A stretch of DNA of 64,000 nt, taken from Octopus sinensis. Lineage: Eukaryota. Of the stretch, positions 56,755-64,000 are shown piece by piece. The first letter of the stretch is position 1. Each line of letters begins with the position of its first letter. Both the position numbers and the translations under genes were made by a program. The stretch covers positions 100,998,001-101,062,000 of the forward strand of contig NC_043003.1 in assembly GCF_006345805.1 (NCBI RefSeq), given 5' to 3'. The notes beneath the pieces were generated by a model. That model ran no database searches. It was not told the origin of the DNA and was given only the letters and a program-made list of their open reading frames with translations.

Positions 56755-56797
56755 CATGCGTTGACAAGAGGCAATATCCTCGAAACCGGTCCGTATG
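56755..56797 (+). ncRNA. Minimal type I hammerhead ribozyme, U3-A8 core (unit 1)
   Basis: Stem I CATGCG/CGTATG, core TTGACAA, stem II GAGG-caatat-CCTC, GAAA, palindromic stem III ACCGGT, and a GUC cleavage triplet ending at 56791. Confidence 0.85.
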
Positions 56798-57114
56798 TAG
56801 TATCCGTATCTTCGGGGAGGCTGATCTCCCTTTGCAGGTTGGCAAGGACACCGAGATGGTGTCGGCCCTTCTGGTGACGTCGATGATCGCCTGGGGCTAA
56901 ATGCATCAGTAACACCCCCACCACCCCGCCCTGTCCCTAGCCACATTCAGATGGCTGATCCTCCTTATGTTATAGAGCAGTTACTGTTTATATCTTGCTC
57001 AGAGATTTATTATTGTTTTCGAACGGATTTTCTACGCCAGTGACTGTGGTTACTGTGAAAATCCCTATATATCCAGCCTGTAGAGGAAGTCCCTCAACGA
57101 AGAACGGTGCTTAC

Positions 57115-57157
57115 CATGTGTTGACAAGAGGCAATAACCTCGAAACCGGTCCGTATG
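57115..57157 (+). ncRNA. Minimal type I hammerhead ribozyme, U3-A8 core (unit 2)
   Basis: CATGTG-TTGACAA-GAGG caataa CCTC-GAAA-CCGGTC-CGTATG. Predicted cleavage after 57151. Confidence 0.83.
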
Positions 57158-57375
57158 TAGTATCCGTATCTTCGGGGAGGCTGATCTCCCTTTGCAGGCT
57201 GGCAAGGACACCGAGATGGTGTCGGCCCTTCTGGTGACGTCGATGATCGCCTGGGGCTAAATGCATCAGTAACACCCCCACCACCCCGCCCTGTCCCTAG
57301 CCACATTCAGATGGCTGATCCCCCTTATGTTATAGAGCAGTTACTGTTTATATCTCGCTCAGAGATTTATTATTG

Positions 57376-57414
<39 letters not shown>

Positions 57415-57416
<2 letters not shown>

Positions 57417-58290
57417 GCCAGGTTGCATCCTGTCACCAGCAGCCTTCAACATGTACGCTGAAAAGGTCATGAGGAATGCAGGCCTGGAGGATAGCAGCAT
57501 TGGAGTGAGGATTGGAGGAAGGAATATTAATAACCGTCGCTATGCAGATAATACAACCCTGCTGGCGGAGAGTGGTAAGGATCTGGCGGATCTTGTCCTG
57601 CTGGTCAAGAAAGAGAGTGAGAAATTTGGGCTGTACCTCAATGTTAAGAAAACGAAGATCATATCAACAGCAGCCACAACAAACATCAGCATCAAGATCG
57701 ATAATGAAGAGATCGAAGTGGTTGATGATTTCATCTTCCTTGGCTCCAAAATAAATCGAGATGGTGACTGCACTTCAGAAATAAGACGGCAGATAGTACT
57801 AGGCAGAGAGGCAATGCTCAGCATGAGCAGGGTCTGGAAGAGTAGAGACATCAGACTCACTACCAAATGCAGATTGGTGAATGCAATTGTCTTCCCAATA
57901 GCAACATATGGATGTGAGACCTGGACACTAAAGAAAGCTGACCAGAAGAGAATTAATGCATTCGAGCTTTGGTGTTGGAGAAGACTTTTACGGATTCCAT
58001 GGACAGCGAGGCTCACCAATGGAGAAGTTCTTAAGCAGATCAGGCCGAAAATGTCGCTAGAAGCTAGGATCACCAAGCATAGATTGGCATATTTCGGTGA
58101 AATATGTATGCTGAAAATCCCTGGAGAAGGGCATCATGCTCGGAATGGTCGGTGGCAAGAGAGGAAGAGGCCAACCAAGAACCCACTGGCTTGACACCAT
58201 CAAGAGTGATCCCGGAATGAAGCGGCCCAGGATATAACTGACTGGAGGACACTGATCCAACAAGCAACCGAGAGTCGACTTTGACTGAGC
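57415..58290 (+). mobile_element. RTE/BovB-like LINE 3' fragment
   Basis: GCILSP, RYADN, YGCETWT, FELWCWRRLLRIPW. Confidence 0.88.
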
Positions 58291-58337
58291 GGATAGATAG
58301 ATAGATAGATAGATAGATATATATGTATGTATATATA

Positions 58338-61121
58338 TGTAGTGATATTATAACGGTGCGCGCGCGCGCGCCGTCCATTTGTATTTTGCGCGTGTTGGTG
58401 CTTTTACCAAGGCAGAGAAAGGAAGGGCCCTCTCGCGCATGCGCGAACCACCGGAAGCACGACCCGCTTGCCTATCGTGGTAGTTAGCGAGGCAAGGGGG
58501 TCGTAGAACGTTTGACCACTAGCAGCAGTCATCGAAGACTTGGGAACCAGCAATTGAAGGCGACGGTCACGCGTATACTCTCTCTCCGTCAGGGCTTGAT
58601 TCTAGCAGCAGTCGGCCGAAATACCTTTAACCAAATTGTTGCCGACCACATTTCAACTTCCCTGTTCGACGCCATCTTGAATCCGTTTCTGTTTTTGGGC
58701 TGGACATTGTAAATATTACAATCTATTAACTTATAGCGGTGCGCGCCCGAACCTAGGACATCAGATAACACACTTATTGTTATTGTTTACCAAGAAAGAG
58801 AATAAAGTAGTTATATGTATATTTTACGTCTGCGTCTTGTTGTTTCTGACTTGTAGAGAATCTGGATTATTAAAGCAACGGCTAGTGAGTGATTGCTTTG
58901 TGCACCCCAAAAGTGCACAAGAGATATTCACACTCACACGAAGTTCATTACAAGTGGTGACCTCCCGACGTGATTCTGGTCTAAAACCAGAGATCACTTA
59001 TCAACAAAAAAAATCCAGTTTTTCTGCGAAGTCGGAACACGATTAACTCTACGCATTCATCTTTCGACGATTTGTTTCCGGCCACCACAAACAGTTGTAG
59101 AAGGAGCCTCTTTCTTCTTCTGCAGCCATGATGACGGACGCCATCATATATTCGATGCCTTTTCTCCACCTTCGTCATCGACATCGTCGTCTTTCTACTT
59201 CACGTCGTCGCTATCTTCGTCGCCATCATCACTAAGAACGATGTTGTCCCAAGTCCACTACAGTCGCCTTTCCACCACCAACGTCGCCTTTCAACATCGT
59301 CGACCTCCACAAGATGTACATAGCAACTCGCGGAACTTTAGCGTGCACGCTGTATTGTGCATATGCACACCAAGGATTCACAGCACCGTCTATCTACGAG
59401 ATTCTTCTGTTCCAGTTAACCTGTCACAGCATTGAAGCCACAACCGCTACACGATATGTGTTCAACCGGCATCTGCATTTGTGATCTCAACATTTCTGTT
59501 ACAGAACGAACTGCTATTGTACATCAGGCTATTATAGACTGGAAAACTAATTCCATTGTCTGGAATAGCCCGAGAGACATTTTTTCTATGCGCTGTATTT
59601 TTTTGTATTTTGCTCGCATTCACCTAGTATGTATTTTCTGTCGCACACACGTATACACACATAAATGCTCTCTCTCACATACATACGTCACACATGCTTT
59701 TCTCGCTTGTTTGTTCCATGCTAAATTTGCCTTTTGTGGACACCCCTCATTTCTATAGACCCTAGGTCGGTCACGTAAACATAGAGAGGGTTGTTTGTCC
59801 ATTATAACGCGCCAGCATGTCATACTTTTGTTCCTATACGAACGAAGCATATAATCGCTTAACCACTGGCATATTCTTGCTGTTTTTTGGTCTGGCAAGC
59901 ACTATTGCATTTCATGCGCCTTTTGCTTCGCACGTGTACTTGCCTTGTTTTTGCAACACGTTTTGCGTTTAGCTTAGTTCTTTTCCCGACTCATAGACGT
60001 CGGATGTTCAAATGCGCTGCGCCGATTTATAGGCGTAATTATTTTTCCCTGTTAGACCACTGTTGGTCACGTAATTAACAGAAAATTATCTGTGTCGCGC
60101 ATCACACCAGCATGTTTGCACTGTTGCCTTTTGTGTTACTAGCGAGCTTCTGCCAATTCCATTTCCTCTCCTGCAGCAATTGATTTAACTGCTATTTTGC
60201 AGGATCAACTACCTTTAGAGAAGTTGGATTTAATTTCGCCTAGGTACATTAACTGTGAGTTTTGCTTTTCCCTCCGCTCCTTTCAGCGGAAGGGTCTATA
60301 CTTTGTGACGTATACACTTTCATGCATGCACTCTTGATTTTTGCTCATTGAGTATTTTTTCTCTTTTTCCTTTAGTAAATTTCTTGTGTATGTTATAAAT
60401 TTTGCCATTATATTATTGTGTGCTGTTTGGTTATCTGGTGTCCACCTTGAGTTTTGCAGTCACTACAATAAGTTTCCTTTCGTGCGTACGCACTGGAGGG
60501 GAGCCTTGTAGTGATATTGTAACGGTGCGCGCGCGCGCACCGTCCATTTGTATTTCGCGCGTGTTGGTGCCTTTACCAAGGCAGAGAAAGGAAGGGCCCT
60601 CTCGCGCATGCGCGAACCACCGGAAGCACGACCCGCTTGCCTATCGTGGTAGTTAGCGAGGCAAGGGGGTCGTAGAACGTTTGACCACTAGCAGCAGTCA
60701 TCGAAGACTTGGGAACCAGCGATTGAAGGCGACGGTCACGCGTATATTCTCTCTCCGTCAGGGCTTGATTCTAGCAGCAGTCGGCCGAAATACCTTTAAC
60801 CAAATTGTTGCCGACCACATTTCAACTTCCCTGTTCGACGCCATCTTGAATCCGTTTCTGTTTTTGGGCTGGACATTGTAAATATTACAATCTATTAACT
60901 TATAGCGGTGCGCGCCCGAACCTAGGACATCAGATAACACACTTATTGTTATTGTTTACCAAGAAAGAGAATAAAGTAGTTATATGTATATTTTACGTCT
61001 GCGTCTTGTTGTTTCTGACTTGTAGAGAATCTGGATTATTAAAGCAACGGCTAGTGAGTGATTGCTTTGTGCACCCCAAAAGTGCACAAGAGATATTCAC
61101 ACTCACACGAAGTTCGTTACA
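58338..61121 (+). mobile_element. Young non-autonomous LTR retrotransposon
   Basis: 615-bp TG..CA LTRs at 58338-58952 and 60507-61121, with about 7 differences by eye. PBS at 58955-58974 and PPT GGAGGGGAG. No gag/pol seen. Confidence 0.93.
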
Positions 61122-61259
61122 TATATATATATATGCATGCATATATATATGGCTGTGTGGTAAGTAGTTTGCTTACCAATCACAAGGTTCTAGGTTCAAT
61201 CCCACTGCATAACATTGAAAGAAGTTCATTGTATGTATATATATATATTTTTATTTATT

Positions 61260-61546
61260 TATGCGCCCTTTTCAAGCCTAGCCAGGTTCATAGGCCCGGT
61301 TTCTATGGCGTATGTGTCCCCCCCCCTGCTGGACAGGATGCCAGTCCATCGCAGCATTATTCATGAAACAGGAAGAAAGAGTGAGAGAAAGTTGGGGTGA
61401 AAGAGTACAACAGGGGTTGGCACCACCTCCTGCCAGAGCCTCGTGGAGCTTTAGGTGTTTTCACTCAATAAACACACACAACGCCCGGTCTGGGAATCGA
61501 AACTGCGATACTCTAACCGCGAGTCCACTTCTCTAACAACTGGGCC
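61260..61546 (-). mobile_element. Third tRNA-like SINE
   Basis: GGCCCAGTTG..GTTTCGATTCCC head, inserted within another SINE. Confidence 0.55.
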
Positions 61547-62114
61547 ATATATATATGTGTGTGTGTGTGTATGTTTGTGTGTCTGTGTTTGTCCCCACCA
61601 ATATCACTTGACAACCAATGCTGGTGAGTTTATGTCCCCATAATTTTGCGGTTTGGCAAAAGAGACCAATAGAAAAAGTACCAGGCTTACAAAGAATAAG
61701 TCCTGGGGTCGATTTGCTTGAATAAAGGCGGTGCTCCAGCATGGCTGCAGTCAAATTACTGAAACAAGTAAAAGAATAAAGGAATATAGCCTCAAGTTGA
61801 CCAAAGCGTTGTGGGTAGACTTCGTACATGGAAACTGAAAGAAGACTGTCGTATATATGTGTATATTTGTGAGTGTGTGTGTGTGCGTCTGTGTTTGTAC
61901 TCCCACCTTCACTTGACAACCGATGTTTCTGTGTTTATGTCCCCATAACTTAGCGGTTCAGCAAAATACACCCATAGACTAAGTACTAGGTTTACAAAGA
62001 ATGGATCCTGGACTCAATCAGTTCAACTAAAGGCAGTGCTTGAACATGGCTGCTGTCACAATAAAAACAATAAAAAGCTATTCCATTTTAATCCCAATGT
62101 CAGGTATATCTCTC

Positions 62115-62515
62115 TCTTTTTTACTCTTTTACTTGTTTCAGTCATGTGACTGGCCATGCTGGAGCACCGCCTTTAGTCGAGCAAATCGACCCCAGGACTT
62201 ATTCTTTGTAAGCCTAGTACTTACTCTATCGGTCTCTTTTGCTGAACCGCTAAGTGACGGGGACGTAAACACACCAGCATCGGCTGTCAAGCAATGCTAG
62301 AGGGACAAACACAGACACATAAACATATACACACACATACATATATATATATACTACAGGCTTCTTTCAGTTTCCGTCTACCAAATCCACTCACAAGGCT
62401 TTGGTCAGCCCGAGGCTATAGTAGAAGACACTTGCCCAAGATGCCACGCAGTGGGACTGAACCCGGAACCATGTGGTTGGTTAGCAAGCTACTTACCACA
62501 CAGCCACTTCCGCGC
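62115..62515 (-). mobile_element. Full-length tRNA-derived SINE with internal microsatellite
   Basis: A box TGGCTGTGTGG and B box GGTTCAGTCCC. Related copies at about 1-62, 7720-8095, 28400-28575, 45200-45350, 51290-51490, 54725-54885 and 61550-62060. Confidence 0.85.
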
Positions 62516-62734
62516 TTATCTGCTAGTATTTTATTAAGTTATTTATTCAAAACAGTAATGTGTGATTTGAATGCATTTTAATTACTTTTACTACCATGTT
62601 GTGCAGTTGTGTAGAGCTGCATGCTTTTGTTTGATTCATTTTGGCATTAAAGAATTGTGCATGTAACCAATGAATTATTCATTCAAGCAATAGATCCATC
62701 AATCAAATTTTATCTAATTATTTATTATACTTAC

Positions 62735-62927
62735 ACCTGTTGACATACATTTTCTCTTTTCTATTCATTTTGTGGCAGGTATTTTTTGTCTTTTGTTGAT
62801 ACCATTCCTCTATTCGTTGTATGTTTACTTTGGAGTATACGTATGAATCAAGGAATTCAGGGTTCTCATTCAGAAATTTTATCATATTTTCTTTTTTCCA
62901 TTCTGTTGACAAAGAAAAATCAACCAT
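62735..62927 (-). CDS. PDE10A: PDE10A-like phosphodiesterase, first recognisable coding exon (MVDFSL...YVNR)
   Basis: KFLNENPEFLDSYVYSKVNIQRIEEW resembles the N-terminal YLSLHPQVLDEFV..VSAETVEKW helix of PDE10A. GTAAGT donor at 62734-62729, phase 1. An upstream TTTTCAG acceptor at 62961 leaves 11 more open codons, so the exon may start at 62960. Confidence 0.8.
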
Positions 62928-63427
62928 ATTGGTAAGCCAATAATTGTGAATTTTTTTCTTCTGAAAATCAGAATAAGTAGAATGTGAAAATTCATTTTCA
63001 TATACTGGAATAATAATGATGGTGGTTGTGTTCTAACATAAGCACAAAGCCTCAAATCAATCAAATTCTAAGACATTAAAACACAGTCAAATACACAACC
63101 TTTCCAAATCAAAATAATGCATTTCCAACAAAATAAGGCATTTCACATCCAACATATTCTACAAAAGACATGAAACATTAAATAACACCGGTACTAATAA
63201 TCCAAATCTAAAAACAATGCAATTCTGTATAACAGAATTTTACATTCCACCTCACCCCTACACAAAAATTATGTGCATACCTCTGGAACATGGAAGTAGA
63301 CTTGGTGGTGCTATAGATACTTGCATAAAACATATTTCTCTTTGATTTAAACACAAGGACAGAAATTTTGAGGAGAGAGGATTAGGTGACACCATTAACC
63401 TCAGTACATAGCTGGTACTTTATTTTA

Positions 63428-63657
63428 AGGTGGCGAGCTGGCAGAAACGTTAGCACGCCGGGCGAAATGCTTAGCGGTATTTCGTCTGCCGGTACGTTCT
63501 AAGTTCAAATTCAGCCGAGGTCGACTTTACCTTTCATCCTTTCGGGGTCGATTAAATAAGTACCAGTTACGCACTGGGGTCGATATAATCGACTTAATCC
63601 CTTTGTCTGTCCTTGTTTGTCCCCTCTATGTTTAGCCCCTTGTGGGTAGTAAAGAAA
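63428..63657 (+). mobile_element. Second tRNA-derived SINE family
   Basis: TGGCAGAAACG..GTTCAAAT head and CCTTTCATCCTTTCGGGGTCGA body. Copies at about 50285-50505 (-) and 63780-63920 (-). Confidence 0.85.
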
Positions 63658-64000
63658 GATGAAAGGCAAAGTTGGCATTGACTGTATTTGAACCTAAAAT
63701 GTAAAGAGCAAAAAGATATACAGTGAGGTTATATATCTGATACCAATCCACTTCAACAACAGCACCGCTCCCAGTGTTTCACTGGTACTTAATTTAATGA
63801 TCCTGAAAGGATGAAAAGCAAAGTCAACCTTGGCGGAATTTGAACTCAGAACATGAAGAGGGACAAAATGTCACTAAGCATTTCGCCCAGTATGCCAACG
63901 AGTCTGTCAGCTCACCACCTTAAGCAATAATAATAATCCTTTCTAATAAAACACAGGCCAGAAATTTTGGGGGAGGGGATTAGTCAATTACATCAAGACC

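Larger units (their letters stand above)
56613..57377 (+). repeat. 360-bp tandem repeat (about 2.1 units), candidate retrozyme
   Basis: Near-identical units at exact period 360 (56641/57001/57361 all start agagatttat). One hammerhead per unit. Sits in (TA)n. Confidence 0.92.

Noticed and set aside
56503-57306. Repeated ORFs (MWLGTGRGGGG..., LRDLLLFSNGF...) in the 360-bp array
   Set aside because: No recognisable domain. They arise from the repeat and its inversion, and an RNA-structure explanation fits better.
63428-63510. tRNA gene
   Set aside because: tRNA-like SINE head that continues into a multi-copy SINE body.

Overview
AT-rich animal genomic DNA, rich in (TA)n/(CA)n microsatellites. 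The repeat content suggests an octopus or other coleoid cephalopod (inference). The only host gene I can support is the 5' part of a PDE10A-like GAF-domain phosphodiesterase on the minus strand. Its four phase-compatible exons lie at about 62.9, 22.4, 18.5 and 15.2 kb, and the first two are separated by a ~40 kb intron. Almost everything else is nested transposable element sequence: Penelope-like elements (RT + GIY-YIG), RTE LINEs, mariner and hAT remnants, Helitrons, a decayed Gypsy, a young non-coding LTR element with a tRNA-Trp-like PBS, SINEs and MITEs. The most striking signal is non-coding. A 360-bp tandem repeat at 56.6-57.4 kb carries, in each unit, a minimal type I hammerhead ribozyme with a compensated U3-A8 core at the tip of a long rod-like stem, making it a candidate retrozyme (circular-RNA retroelement). 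A structurally homologous 319-bp sister repeat at 24.4-24.8 kb lacks the ribozyme. About ten further intact or decayed hammerheads with palindromic stem III occur in Penelope-type terminal repeats, two of them in sense orientation inside the host intron. All structures were read by eye and none was computed.
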